Shown: positions 18,880-29,447, numbered from the stretch's first letter. The stretch: DNA of 64,000 bases from Candidatus Nomurabacteria bacterium (GCA_020632095.1 JACKGF010000001.1:669366-733365); one strand, 5' to 3'. Numbers and translations are program-made. The notes: generated by a model not told the origin, from the sequence alone.

Positions 18880-19289
18880 ATGAAATACCACCTGGTATGG
18901 ACTCCAAAATACCGAGGTAAGGTACTAGGTCCACAAAAGGTTAAAGACGAGTTACGAAGAACCTTTGAAACCATAACAAGATGGAAACACTGGGAAATCA
19001 TTGAACTCAATATCCAAGAAGACCATATACACATGATTCTATCAGCTTCACCTAGAGACTCCATCTCATACATAATGCAGATGATTAAAGGCACAAAAGC
19101 TCAGCTTGGTTAAAAAAGAAAATTAAAAGAGCTCATGGTCTTTATGAACAAAAGTCACCATGGGCCAGAGGCTATTTTGTTTCTACGATTGGTCTAGATG
19201 AAATGATTATCTGTCGGTATGTTAAACACCAACATCACCATAATCAAGTTGATCAACCATCTCTCTTTACCAAACTTATCTCTGATTAA
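18880..19289 (+). pseudogene. tnpA: IS200/IS605-family TnpA, frameshifted at an A-run
   Basis: MKYHLVWTPKYRGKV..HIHMILSASP..MIKGTKAQLG then a +2 frame continues ..KKKIKRAHGLYEQKSPWARGYFVSTIGLDEMIICRYVKHQ; frameshift at ggttaaaaaagaaaatt; hairpins on both sides (18726-18758; 19301-19316; 19354-19375). Confidence 0.6.
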
Positions 19290-19636
19290 CTATGTATCTG
19301 CCCGCTTCGCGGGCCTGAAGCTCACGCCGTTAGGTTGAGCCAAAGCCACCGGCCCTAAGGCCGGTAGTTGTTTACTTACAAAACCAACGTCCGTGGTTCA
19401 TTACAGATTGGATAGAGTTTGATTAACTTAATTTAATAGAAAAAATTATTAAACAAACATCTACTCGTCCCCCACCTAAAGAAGGTGACAAAAAGGAGGT
19501 TTTTGACAATGATGATTAATATTTATAAAAAATATTAATCTAGATCTAATGATGGGTTTTATTGGATTTGTGTAAGTGAGCTATTTTTAATTCTACCTTT
19601 CAAAACAAATTGTTTAAAATAACAAGAACTTTACTA

Positions 19637-21685
19637 CTACAGATAACTCACTTCACCTGTCGAGCCGTTAATAGAAATGGAGGATTTTTCAACCAATGGT
19701 TTTTGGACACAAACTACTGGTAGACCAAGCTCGCGAGCGACAATGGCCATATGTGATAGTAAGCCACCTTGTTCGGTTACGATTCCCACTATTTTATCTA
19801 GATGTTGAGTGAGGTCGGGGGTCAAAAATTTTGTATACAAAATTTTTGACCCTGACACAGCATCCAAGTCCTCCACTCGCACCAACGACCCTTCCGTTAC
19901 TCCAGCCGAAAGGCCAATGCTTTCCTGACTAAGATTTTCATCCTGATAAATAAAACTAGCAATTCGCACTGGAAAACTAAACTTTTGATTATCTAAATAT
20001 TGAGACTCTCTTTGCTTGCAAACTTCAAGTGATATTGACTCACTTACTAATTCATCAACTGTAGCAAAATAAACCAGCTCTGACTCTTCTTTAAATACCA
20101 CTTCCCCATAATCTTCAACAGCACGCCGCACATGACTGATCAGACAAACACTAGCAATCCGCGCCTTTTCCCGTAAGGCCATATAATCTCTAGCTTTCTT
20201 TATGTAGGGAGACAATCCATGCCGACGCCACTCTGGTAACCGGTTCCACCAATTATCAAACTGTTTCGTATTTTCAATCACTGATTTATTACCTGTTTCT
20301 ACAAAATCAGATTTATCATCAATCGAAACCGAGTTACCAACTAGACTATCAGATTCATAAGTGAACTTATTTTGCTCAAAATTCGCCAACTGAGGTAAAT
20401 CGTAATTCAACAATCCTGATAAATTTGTCGCGTCATTTTTTAGCAGATGTCTCAAAGTAGTTAACGCCTTCTGTGAACGTAGGTTTACTTCAAAAATCAA
20501 AGCATAATTTTCTATAAAAAACTGCCATTTTTTCTCAAGAGAATCTGATTCATCTAAATTCACACCCAGCAACTCATCCACCCTTTGATTTAATTTTTGA
20601 TACGGCGCTAGAGACATAAAACTTAAAGCGACTTGATTGGCAAAAGTCACAAAGGATCCAGACAAACATTCAATTTTAGGTATTTGTGAATTAAACTTTT
20701 TATAACCCAATATCGGAAACAACGAACGTACTTCTGCCTGCTTATCGACAAACAATTCGTTTCCAAACATTCTCAATTGATCAGTAGCAAAATATTTTAC
20801 CCCACACTTCTTATAAGCTTCTTCAATCGGCCCCCCCTGCGCATACATAGCCTCAAGCATTGATAAAGCTAACGGACGTGGTTTAGTGAAGGTTTCTGCC
20901 AGCGTTGTTTGTTCAAAATAGTAATAATCTTCATTTTTTAACTCATTTTCCAAATATTTAATTCCCTGCCAATTTGCCTCCTTAACACTGGTGACTGGTC
21001 TGGTCTGCAAAATGTATACCCTTTCATCTTTAATCGCCCATTCGATATCCTGTGGCCACTGATAAATATCTTCTATTTCCCTAGCCAACTTGGCTAACTC
21101 TTCTGTATGTGAAAATTTAAATTTATGTATATATGAACGCTCAAATAAAAACTTTATTTGTTTAACACTCTCTCCTCCCACCACAGTTTCACCTACTCCA
21201 TGATTGTATTCCAATACCATCTCCCGTCCGCCGGTGGGATTTCGTGAAAAAATAACACCCGCTAGATCCGGGTCTATACATTCTTGAATAATTACTGAAA
21301 ATCTAAAATCATTACCTAGTTTTAACCTTGCATCATCCACTACTGACAGAATCGCTTCCGATAATGTTTCTTTAGTGACTTTAAGTATAGTTTTAAACTG
21401 ACCAGCGGAGGAACTGGTTTTTCCATCTTCTATCAATGCCGCCGATCGAACAGCGTAAAAATCAGTCGGTAACTTTTCATCAATCTCATTCTGGAGATTT
21501 ACCAGCAAATTATTATATTCAGACGATTTATTTACCTTAGCCTGAACTAAATCACCAACAACTTTAGTCGGAACCACTACAAACGCTGGAACATTAAAAC
21601 CGGCCGCGGTAAGCTCGCGTAAGCGTTGTGCCTTAGAGCCAATTTCAAACCCTATCTTTAGATCATTTTCGTTTAATAACAACAT
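19637..21685 (-). CDS. PEP-utilizing enzyme family protein with rifampin-phosphotransferase/PEP-synthase-like architecture (N-terminal ATP-grasp/PPDK_N, C-terminal phosphohistidine swivel domain)
   Basis: N-terminus KIGFEIGSKAQRLRELTAAGFNVPAFVVVP (PPDK_N-like); C-terminus GGLLSHMAIVARELGLPVVCV (PEP-utilizers His motif); no TIM-barrel domain. Confidence 0.7.
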   Translation of the reverse strand: MLLLNENDLKIGFEIGSKAQRLRELTAAGFNVPAFVVVPTKVVGDLVQAKVNKSSEYNNLLVNLQNEIDEKLPTDFYAVRSAALIEDGKTSSSAGQFKTILKVTKETLSEAILSVVDDARLKLGNDFRFSVIIQECIDPDLAGVIFSRNPTGGREMVLEYNHGVGETVVGGESVKQIKFLFERSYIHKFKFSHTEELAKLAREIEDIYQWPQDIEWAIKDERVYILQTRPVTSVKEANWQGIKYLENELKNEDYYYFEQTTLAETFTKPRPLALSMLEAMYAQGGPIEEAYKKCGVKYFATDQLRMFGNELFVDKQAEVRSLFPILGYKKFNSQIPKIECLSGSFVTFANQVALSFMSLAPYQKLNQRVDELLGVNLDESDSLEKKWQFFIENYALIFEVNLRSQKALTTLRHLLKNDATNLSGLLNYDLPQLANFEQNKFTYESDSLVGNSVSIDDKSDFVETGNKSVIENTKQFDNWWNRLPEWRRHGLSPYIKKARDYMALREKARIASVCLISHVRRAVEDYGEVVFKEESELVYFATVDELVSESISLEVCKQRESQYLDNQKFSFPVRIASFIYQDENLSQESIGLSAGVTEGSLVRVEDLDAVSGSKILYTKFLTPDLTQHLDKIVGIVTEQGGLLSHMAIVARELGLPVVCVQKPLVEKSSISINGSTGEVSYL

Positions 21686-21687
21686 TT

Positions 21688-22995
21688 TTATTTAACCAGA
21701 TGTAAAACTCCACCAACGGCTTTTGTACCCGAAGCATTGGTCACTGTGCCAGAAACAATCGCTCTGATTCTTTCGTCTTCTTTTTGCTTAAAAGGTACCT
21801 GTGAAGCTAGGGTAAAAACCGCATTATTGAACCCAGGGGCCCTTACCTGCCAACTTATTTTTCCATCGTTATCTTTACTAGTCTCAACCTCAGCCTCAAA
21901 ACTTTTCTTACTTGTTCCCTCTTTCTTATTTTTATAAAGCAACCAAGTGTGTGATGGGTACTCCGGGGTATTTGACTGCACTACGGAATTATCTATCAAG
22001 TAAAAATTTTCATCCTCATCCCATAAGACGAATTGATGAGTTGTGGCTTCGACATCTTTATAACCTGGGAAGAAAATCTTTTTACTATAGTCTGAAGAAT
22101 AACTACTCTCAACTAAAGCTTGAGCCGCAAAAGTTTGACCTCGATATTTAACTTCTGCCGTCCCCACACTCTGAAATTGAGTATAGGTTGGTTGATTTCT
22201 TGTGACAAAATCTCCTGCAATATCTGAAATAGTTATCTCCATCGGTTCACCGTTTAACAATACTGTTGTTTGATACTTATCTCTCGGTGATGAGTCTGAA
22301 GCCCACTTTTTTTCAATACTTTTAACAAACCGATTTGTCACTAAATCTGTACCGTCAGAATACTTTGCATCATAGTCTGAAAAGAAGCTGTTTTGGTAAT
22401 AACCATTTAAAAAAGTGTAGTGGGAAAACATTCCGTTACCTCTTTCAATTCGATTAAAATCAACTTCCAAAATGAACGGCGTAGATGTTGCTCCTCCATA
22501 AATTGTAACAGCATCACTTAAGAACCGTTTATTACTACTGTCACTACTAGTCGACACGAACGAATCAGGTGATGGTAGCGGGTACTTTTGATTCAACCTT
22601 TTAATTAATTGTTGATAATCAGTTCTTGGTACACTCTCTTCTATCTTCTGTTCCAAACTAGCCTTAACTGATTCCAATAACGCAATGTGTTCCAAGTAAC
22701 TAACTTGTTGTCTTTTAACTTCTAAACCATAAGATATTGCAATTGCAACCAAAACTATCGTAGCAATAACACTAATTATCAACCAAACCTTTTTGTTGGA
22801 GAGTGCCAACCAACGGCGACCGGTATAAACAATACTAGAAAACACTCCCCCTACCACCAAAGCAGCAATGCTGAAAAACTGTACTACCGAAGACCCCACA
22901 CTAAATATCATATCCGGAGGCAAAAGCGCATGGGCTGGCTTAGGAATGAATAGTATGAATATAAAAATGAAAATCAAACCTGCAAAATTCATCAC
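21688..22995 (-). CDS. Hypothetical membrane protein, translationally coupled to the PEP-utilizing enzyme gene
   Basis: Two N-terminal TM helices plus a large extracytoplasmic domain; 2-nt gap to the downstream gene. Confidence 0.4.
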   Translation of the reverse strand: MMNFAGLIFIFIFILFIPKPAHALLPPDMIFSVGSSVVQFFSIAALVVGGVFSSIVYTGRRWLALSNKKVWLIISVIATIVLVAIAISYGLEVKRQQVSYLEHIALLESVKASLEQKIEESVPRTDYQQLIKRLNQKYPLPSPDSFVSTSSDSSNKRFLSDAVTIYGGATSTPFILEVDFNRIERGNGMFSHYTFLNGYYQNSFFSDYDAKYSDGTDLVTNRFVKSIEKKWASDSSPRDKYQTTVLLNGEPMEITISDIAGDFVTRNQPTYTQFQSVGTAEVKYRGQTFAAQALVESSYSSDYSKKIFFPGYKDVEATTHQFVLWDEDENFYLIDNSVVQSNTPEYPSHTWLLYKNKKEGTSKKSFEAEVETSKDNDGKISWQVRAPGFNNAVFTLASQVPFKQKEDERIRAIVSGTVTNASGTKAVGGVLHLVK

Positions 22996-23077
22996 TAAAT
23001 TATAGCAGGCTAAACAACATCTTTCTCGTCTTATCTGAGTAGTTTTACATTTAAATACACACTGTTAAAATAGTGTC

Positions 23078-23347
23078 ATGGAAAAAATATCTATCCCAGA
23101 AAACTCTCTACCAAAAATAGGTGATCTTAAGGTAGTAGAGGGAGTTACTTATGAATATGTTGATTCTGGATACACTCTACGAAGTTACTATTCCCACGAT
23201 GGACCTGGTTGGGACACTAAACACCACCTAGCCAACAACGAATATTCGCTAAAAAAATTTGGTCGAACTTTTACTGTTAGGGAAGCTTTTGATCCACAGT
23301 TACTGCCTGAAACTCCGTATCTAGTATGGAAAGAAGTTATAGAGTAG
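23078..23347 (+). CDS. Hypothetical protein
   Basis: ORF only. Confidence 0.3.
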   Translation: MEKISIPENSLPKIGDLKVVEGVTYEYVDSGYTLRSYYSHDGPGWDTKHHLANNEYSLKKFGRTFTVREAFDPQLLPETPYLVWKEVIE

Positions 23348-23403
23348 TTTCGAGTAAAAAATAACAATTTAGTATTGATGATTATTTACTGAGCTGAACT
23401 TAA

Positions 23404-23691
23404 TTAATGTAAATTCATTTTATTTGAATAATGTAGCTGAGCCAGTTTAAGAGCCTCTAAAGCTATTTCCAATTCTTTATTAACTTTATAGGCATCTATT
23501 GGATGCATTAACACTCCCCCGGCCTCATTAATTTCACTCACCTTTCTTACTGCCAAATCATAGTTAGCTTTAGCTTTTTTTAACTCTTCATAAAGATCAG
23601 GATGTCCCTCAAAATTGTTAATTCCATTGTCTAATGGACTTTTTTTATTAGGCACATTACTTCTTGGTGTATTTTCCATTCCTGTATACAT
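23404..23691 (-). CDS. Hypothetical protein
   Basis: ORF only. Confidence 0.3.
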   Translation of the reverse strand: MYTGMENTPRSNVPNKKSPLDNGINNFEGHPDLYEELKKAKANYDLAVRKVSEINEAGGVLMHPIDAYKVNKELEIALEALKLAQLHYSNKMNLH

Positions 23692-23805
23692 AAATTTATT
23701 ATACAGTATTTCACATTAGGCAACATTTTTAGTATTGCGTTATCTTTCAAATTAGGTATATTCAATATTGGCAACCGCCCTTTGTAATTTAACAAGGAGA
23801 ACATC

Positions 23806-24036
23806 GTGAAACGATTTCTTATAGTACTTTTACTGGGGGCCTTGCCCCTTGTTACCACAGGCTGTGTAAACGCAGCCGTGATGGCTCTAAATCTAGCAGC
23901 AACTGGTGCAGGCAACAAAGTTGCAGCCAACGCAAGAGGTAACACCTGCTACAGATTGGAGTCATCAAATGAATATAAAAATATGTCACAAGCCGCTCAA
24001 CACAGGGCGAGAATCAGAAACAACTGTGACACATAA
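23806..24036 (+). CDS. Small lipoprotein
   Basis: Signal peptide with lipobox LVTTGC. Confidence 0.4.
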   Translation: MKRFLIVLLLGALPLVTTGCVNAAVMALNLAATGAGNKVAANARGNTCYRLESSNEYKNMSQAAQHRARIRNNCDT

Positions 24037-24126
24037 GAAAACACGTCACAAAATTCAGCCAATAGTTTCCTGTTGGCTGAAATCTTTTGACGCGAAGAGA
24101 CCAAATTTTAATACAAAATCTCCAAA

Positions 24127-24465
24127 TTATCCCAGAGTTAAGTAAATCGAAACCGCCATCAAATCGCTGTCTGCCCATATTGTTCCCCTATCGCTAATAT
24201 AAAAGAAGGCCTCATCTATCACAAATTTGTGAAGTCGAATATTCTCATCATTTGTAACCGGGGTTTGAGTAAAGAGCCGACCAGTAACAGTGTGCCCATA
24301 AAATCCACCCCAACCATCATTATAGAAATCGGCTGGCTCTTCGTGAGTACTGTTGATATAATTGGCATTAGTATAGACTGCCGGTACTTCGGCCCACGCC
24401 AACTGAGTAGGCAAAAAGCTACCCATCAATATAGCCATCATTAGGAATCTCTTTTTCATAATCAC
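24127..24465 (-). CDS. Hypothetical secreted protein
   Basis: N-terminal signal peptide. Confidence 0.35.
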   Translation of the reverse strand: MIMKKRFLMMAILMGSFLPTQLAWAEVPAVYTNANYINSTHEEPADFYNDGWGGFYGHTVTGRLFTQTPVTNDENIRLHKFVIDEAFFYISDRGTIWADSDLMAVSIYLTLG

Positions 24466-24581
24466 TATAAACCACAGATTTTAATATTTAGCAACTGGTG
24501 TGCTTGAATCCCCACCTCAAAAACGCAAAGTTGCTTATCTTGTAATAAAAATAATTTGAATATATTGATACAATACAAACA

Positions 24582-25262
24582 ATGAACAGGACCATCAAAA
24601 CACTTTTGATTCTTTCCACTCTATTTCTACCCATCGCTTTTTTGGGTGGAGAACCAGCTTCAGCCCGTGGATTTTACTATCTTATTTGGCTATACCTTTT
24701 TGCCCTCTTTACCAGAAAGCAAAGTTTTTTTGAAAATCTAGTCAACCAAATACCTTTTAGTGATGCAACTAAATTCATCGGCCTAGGAATACTAATGATA
24801 GTTATTGAAGAAACAATTGCTTCTCTAGCCGTAAACATACTCTCCTACCCAAGCCCCTTAGAACTCTTTAACATCACCTTACAATTTTATGCCAATAACT
24901 TATTACTATTGCCAGGTTTTATCATAGCTTGGTATTTTCTCCTTAAAAAAATCAACTACACTAAACGTGAGGTTTTTATTTTGGTTGGTATATTTGGACT
25001 ATTTGCCGAAAAAACAATCCTGCACGTCATACTCATTTTTCCCTTTGGGCTAGCTTTAGTATTACCAACAATGTTTACCTATATGGGAATTATCGCTCCT
25101 TCTCTACTTTCATTAAAACAAGTTGGCACTAAGGAATTATCCAAAACCTTACGCTACGCACTTGGCCTACTGCTACCAATACTATGTTCTGTTCCCTTTC
25201 TAATTATTCACACCATTCTTGTTCAAGCAGGATATATAGATGTAACAGTCTTAACAAAATAA
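24582..25262 (+). CDS. Hypothetical polytopic membrane protein
   Basis: About 6 hydrophobic helices. Confidence 0.4.
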   Translation: MNRTIKTLLILSTLFLPIAFLGGEPASARGFYYLIWLYLFALFTRKQSFFENLVNQIPFSDATKFIGLGILMIVIEETIASLAVNILSYPSPLELFNITLQFYANNLLLLPGFIIAWYFLLKKINYTKREVFILVGIFGLFAEKTILHVILIFPFGLALVLPTMFTYMGIIAPSLLSLKQVGTKELSKTLRYALGLLLPILCSVPFLIIHTILVQAGYIDVTVLTK

Positions 25263-25280
25263 TACAGCAACTAATTAGAC

Positions 25281-26213
25281 CTAACGACTAACTCTTATCT
25301 CATTCCTTATCCTTAACAAATCTGGGTACTGATAAAAGAAATTTACTTTTTGATTTTTAACCATGTCACCAGACGGCCGAGTCAGCAAAACAAAATCTGT
25401 AAAAGTTTCAGAAAAATCTTCTTCTGGACTCAAGGCAGCATAATCAGTCACGTATTCATTTCTATGATTTTTGTAATATTGGTAGGCTTTTTCAAAAGAG
25501 TCGTCGCTGTTTGCAAAGATAGTCGCCCTGGACAAATCTTCGGTTGACCAAAACTTTTCAACGAAATCTGCTATATATGAATTTTCAAACGGACACCCTT
25601 TTTCTGCGAAATATTTATCACACTGTGCATCTACCGGTAATGGCACGCCAAGCATCTCATCATACGAAAGAACGTGTGCAAATTCATGAACTATCAACTC
25701 AGTATTTGCATTTGAGTCAACATCATCAATCACCTCTTCATTGGCACCAAACAACCAGCTGACGTGGTGTGGCGGGATTGTTTCCACATATGCGTCGATA
25801 CCTCGGTCACTATCAGAAAAAACTACAAAACGTTCAATCCGGTCTCGATATTCCAAGGGGAACAATTCCACCACCCGATCAAAATACTTCCAGTGTTTAA
25901 CATTAGTTATATTTAGACTACCCTGCCCAGAACCAACATCATAGTTAGACACTACCTCAACTGATTTTGTAAATTCACCTAAAAATTTTTCCGATTCTAA
26001 TTCTTTTTGTTTTTTCAACTGTGCCTGCAGGACAACGATTTGTTTTTGTAGTTGAGCAATAAGCTCAAGCGCCAGCTCTCGATAAGCAAGCTCGCTATCT
26101 GTCGTTGCCGCCTCAATTGTAGCCAGTGGAAAACTGAAACTTAAAACTAAGATAAAAACAATTATTATTTTTTTCATACAATTAAGCCAGACTCCTTGTA
26201 TCCAACACCTCAA
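25281..26213 (-). CDS. Secreted putative zinc metallopeptidase (HExxH)
   Basis: Signal peptide, coiled-coil segment, TELIVHEFAHVLSYDE motif. Confidence 0.4.
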   Translation of the reverse strand: MRCWIQGVWLNCMKKIIIVFILVLSFSFPLATIEAATTDSELAYRELALELIAQLQKQIVVLQAQLKKQKELESEKFLGEFTKSVEVVSNYDVGSGQGSLNITNVKHWKYFDRVVELFPLEYRDRIERFVVFSDSDRGIDAYVETIPPHHVSWLFGANEEVIDDVDSNANTELIVHEFAHVLSYDEMLGVPLPVDAQCDKYFAEKGCPFENSYIADFVEKFWSTEDLSRATIFANSDDSFEKAYQYYKNHRNEYVTDYAALSPEEDFSETFTDFVLLTRPSGDMVKNQKVNFFYQYPDLLRIRNEIRVSR

Positions 26214-27471
26214 CCGGCAATGTCACTACAAATTTTGTACCAACATTTTCTTCCGACTCAACCGTAATATTACCTTTCAAAATTTCGACTGATTGCTTAA
26301 CTACATATAACCCAAGCCCTGTCCCTTCTGTTTGGTGAGCTTGTGCATTACTGGCTCTAAAGAATTTTACAAACATTTTATCCAGCTCTTCCGCTGGAAT
26401 ACCGATACCAGTATCAGCCACCACAATCCTGAGAGTATTACTTCTCAAATCATAAGTTAGAGTCAGAGTTCCTTCCGGTAAAATATATTTAACGGCATTC
26501 GAAACTAGGTTACTGACAATAATATGAAACAATCTCGTGTCTGTTTTAATATAAGCCTGTGGTGGTTCATCACTCCTCTCAATCTTTAATTTCTTTTCAG
26601 TAATTTTTTCTTGGAATTCATCCAGAGCCGAGTCAAAAAACTCGGATAAATTCACCTCCTCTATTCTAGTCGAAAAGGTTCCCATCTCTAATTTAGAAAC
26701 ACTCAGGAAATCATTAATCAAACTAATCATCCGCATTACATTGCGTTCAATTTTCTTTAGATATCTGGTTTGATCTGGAGTAACAGTTTCTCGCATGTTT
26801 CGTTGTAGTAATTCAACATTCCACCTAATAGCCGCAATTGGTGTCCGTAATTGGTGAGTTGCCAAAGCCACAAACTCTGACTTAGCAGTGTCAACATTTT
26901 TCTGCTCTGTAATATCCACTAAAGAAACCAGTCTTTGTTGTTTATTTCTATGATTATAAACAGACAACATTACCCAGATATTTTCTCCTCTGGCAGACTG
27001 AAGTAACACCTCTTCATCATTGATAGTCAGACCCGCAGAAATCTTTTGTTGGAGAACTGACACATCCATTCCAGTATCTGATGAAACTCTCTGATAAAAA
27101 TTTACCTGTCCCATGGTATCGGCTGTGGTTTGTAATAAATTAACCGCGGCGGGATTAAAATTCACAATAGCACCAGACACATCCATTGTGATGTACGCTA
27201 CTGGACTACGCTCATACAAAGAATCAAAAACCTGACTATCAGAAAACTCACTTTTCTGCGACAGGGTTGCATACCAAGCATCAAGCTTAATTCTGATAAA
27301 AAGCAATAGGAATAACAAAAAAACAATGAGACCAGCCCCTTGATACAAACGTGAATCTGAATATGATCCTCCGTGCAAAAGCCAAACCGAACCCAGTACC
27401 ACAACTATCAATAAGAATATTAAAATTAATTCTAATATTCTAAGAAAGGTAAATACTTTAGAGGAATACAT
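26182..27471 (-). CDS. Sensor histidine kinase (TM + PAS + HisKA + HATPase_c)
   Basis: H-box ATHQLRTPIAAIRW; N/G boxes (SNLVSNAVKY, DTGIGI, GTGLGLYVVKQ); two N-terminal TM helices. Confidence 0.8.
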   Translation of the reverse strand: MYSSKVFTFLRILELILIFLLIVVVLGSVWLLHGGSYSDSRLYQGAGLIVFLLFLLLFIRIKLDAWYATLSQKSEFSDSQVFDSLYERSPVAYITMDVSGAIVNFNPAAVNLLQTTADTMGQVNFYQRVSSDTGMDVSVLQQKISAGLTINDEEVLLQSARGENIWVMLSVYNHRNKQQRLVSLVDITEQKNVDTAKSEFVALATHQLRTPIAAIRWNVELLQRNMRETVTPDQTRYLKKIERNVMRMISLINDFLSVSKLEMGTFSTRIEEVNLSEFFDSALDEFQEKITEKKLKIERSDEPPQAYIKTDTRLFHIIVSNLVSNAVKYILPEGTLTLTYDLRSNTLRIVVADTGIGIPAEELDKMFVKFFRASNAQAHQTEGTGLGLYVVKQSVEILKGNITVESEENVGTKFVVTLPVEVLDTRSLA

Positions 27472-27545
27472 ACCACCATTCTAACAAGCTCTACTCTTTC
27501 TTGGTAGTCATACACACACTCAAAATCATGCTAATATTATTAGAT

Positions 27546-27917
27546 ATGGATAAGCGTATTTTAATTATTGAAGATGAACCTGATATTCGAGAAGCGATGG
27601 CGGAAGCCATTACCCAAGCCGGCTATGAAGCCCTGACCGCTGAAAACGGCCAAGTTGGTCTTGAGATGGCACTTGCTGAAAGACCAGATATTATTTTACT
27701 AGATATTATTATGCCGATTATGGACGGCCACCAGATGCTGGCCAAACTACGAATACACCCGTGGGGCAAATCGGTTAAAGTAATTATGCTCACCTCGATG
27801 GATGATGTAAAAAATATTGGTATGGCCCACGAAGGTAGTATCACCGACTATATTATAAAAGCCCACAGTAGCCTCGATGAGATTGTAAGCAAAGTAAAAA
27901 TGGCGATTTATACTTAA
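27546..27917 (+). CDS. Single-domain response regulator (CheY-like receiver)
   Basis: ILIIEDEPDIRE...DIILLDIIMPIMDG..K receiver motifs; no output domain. Confidence 0.75.
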   Translation: MDKRILIIEDEPDIREAMAEAITQAGYEALTAENGQVGLEMALAERPDIILLDIIMPIMDGHQMLAKLRIHPWGKSVKVIMLTSMDDVKNIGMAHEGSITDYIIKAHSSLDEIVSKVKMAIYT

Positions 27918-27988
27918 AAAGTGTTTAGCTAAAACATAATTAGAAAAGCCGTCGGTAATGATACCCGACGACTTTCTTCGTTTACCTC

Positions 27989-28708
27989 CTATCTGCGATA
28001 TGGTCCACCATCATTGCGGCGATAGCCTCGGTGTTCACTGTGACTACGGTCATCGTATCCCTGCCGATAAACTTTTCTTTCTTGACGAAAACAACTAGCC
28101 GGCAACTCCACGTAGGAAGGATAATTGATATTTTCTTTACGGGCAAAAGTCTCAAAGCCGATAGCAATTGCACAGTTCTTTGGAACGACACAAGCACCAA
28201 AATCTTCCATGTTATCACGTTTACAGTGTCTGTAATCTCTGTAGACACGAAACTCGGACGCTTTAAAAGTAAAAGCATCTACAAAGGACCAGATTAGATT
28301 GTCACCCGCTTTGTCGATCTCCCAAACGGCCGCGATAATGCCATTTTGTTCACTGAAATCTACAAGATACGACTCGTAGAACTGGTTACCTACAGATCCC
28401 CAAAAACACGATCCCCCTAGCGGTATATTTGAGTCACTGGCGGCATATAACTGCTCTTGGTTTAAAACGTTACCCAAACTGAGGTAGATTTTACTCTCCT
28501 TAAACGGAACTTTGGCTTCCCGAAGCACCGGGACACTACCAGACATATCCACACGAGTGACCAGGTAGTTTTTTTCAAAACATCCCAACTTTCCAACTTT
28601 AGTTACCTGTGCATGAGCCGAAGCTGGGAAAGCCATCGTGATGGCTAAGAAGAAGACTGCAATCAAAGTGCGCAACATACTGATTCTCCTTAAGAATTGT
28701 CGAAACAA
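27989..28708 (-). CDS. Hypothetical secreted protein with Arg/Tyr-rich C-terminus
   Basis: Signal peptide; C-terminal YDDRSHSEHRGYRRNDGGPYRR. Confidence 0.35.
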   Translation of the reverse strand: MFRQFLRRISMLRTLIAVFFLAITMAFPASAHAQVTKVGKLGCFEKNYLVTRVDMSGSVPVLREAKVPFKESKIYLSLGNVLNQEQLYAASDSNIPLGGSCFWGSVGNQFYESYLVDFSEQNGIIAAVWEIDKAGDNLIWSFVDAFTFKASEFRVYRDYRHCKRDNMEDFGACVVPKNCAIAIGFETFARKENINYPSYVELPASCFRQERKVYRQGYDDRSHSEHRGYRRNDGGPYRR

Positions 28709-28794
28709 TTAACGTCAAAGAGCAACGTCTATACCTACCATTATAGCACAAAAACCTTGATTTTTCAAGGTTTTATTAAAATACGACTTACTTA

Positions 28795-29241
28795 TTACTC
28801 AGAATACTGCTCCAGAAATTGCTTAACTTCCACAAACATTGACTTGGTATCTTGATAATCCAATCTTTCAGCTGCTTCTTCTATAGTGTACCAACCAGCT
28901 TCCTTAACTTCAGACGTTTGTAGGTTTATTTTTGTATCACTGATAATTCCTAAATAAAAAATCACCTCCTTATTGATTCGTACCCCATCAAAAGAGAAAA
29001 CGTACTTGAGAGAAAATGTTGGTTCAGGAAGTATTCTGTCGGCTGTCATTCCCACCTCCTCAAACAATTCCCTTTTAGCCGTTTCAATTTGTGTCTCACT
29101 ATTTTCTGAATGACCCTTCGGAAAGATCCAATATGAGTTGTTTCCAATTCGACTAAATTGATGAATGAGAAAGACCTTCCATTTTCCCTCCACTTTAGTT
29201 ATCGGAATAATCCCGAACGATTTATCTGTTTTAGATTCCAT
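28795..29241 (-). CDS. NUDIX hydrolase
   Basis: Nudix box GHSENSETQIETAKRELFEEVGM. Confidence 0.75.
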   Translation of the reverse strand: MESKTDKSFGIIPITKVEGKWKVFLIHQFSRIGNNSYWIFPKGHSENSETQIETAKRELFEEVGMTADRILPEPTFSLKYVFSFDGVRINKEVIFYLGIISDTKINLQTSEVKEAGWYTIEEAAERLDYQDTKSMFVEVKQFLEQYSE

Positions 29242-29256
29242 AGAGGTTTAGTATAA

Positions 29257-29328
29257 CAGTTTGCTTGTTTCGTGGACACAAAACACCGGCAAAGGCCGGT
29301 GTCTGTTTTGTGTCCACGACTGGAGTTG
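29257..29328. repeat. 72-nt direct repeat (copy 1) comprising a tRNA-Leu 3'-end fragment plus a long bulged hairpin
   Basis: Identical to 29448-29519; contains gtccacgactggagttg (reverse complement of the tRNA-Leu T-loop and acceptor 3' strand) and hairpin GTGGACACAAAACACCGGC-AAAG-GCCGGTGTCTGTTTTGTGTCCAC. Confidence 0.85.
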
Positions 29329-29447
29329 GTCACAAGTTACTAAGTATAATTGTTCACTTCGTTCCAATTCTACTAAGTACTTTCGACCCCGCCTCGACTG
29401 CAGCATAGCTGCATGTCTGCGGCCTTCAACTCCAGACACAAGCAAAG

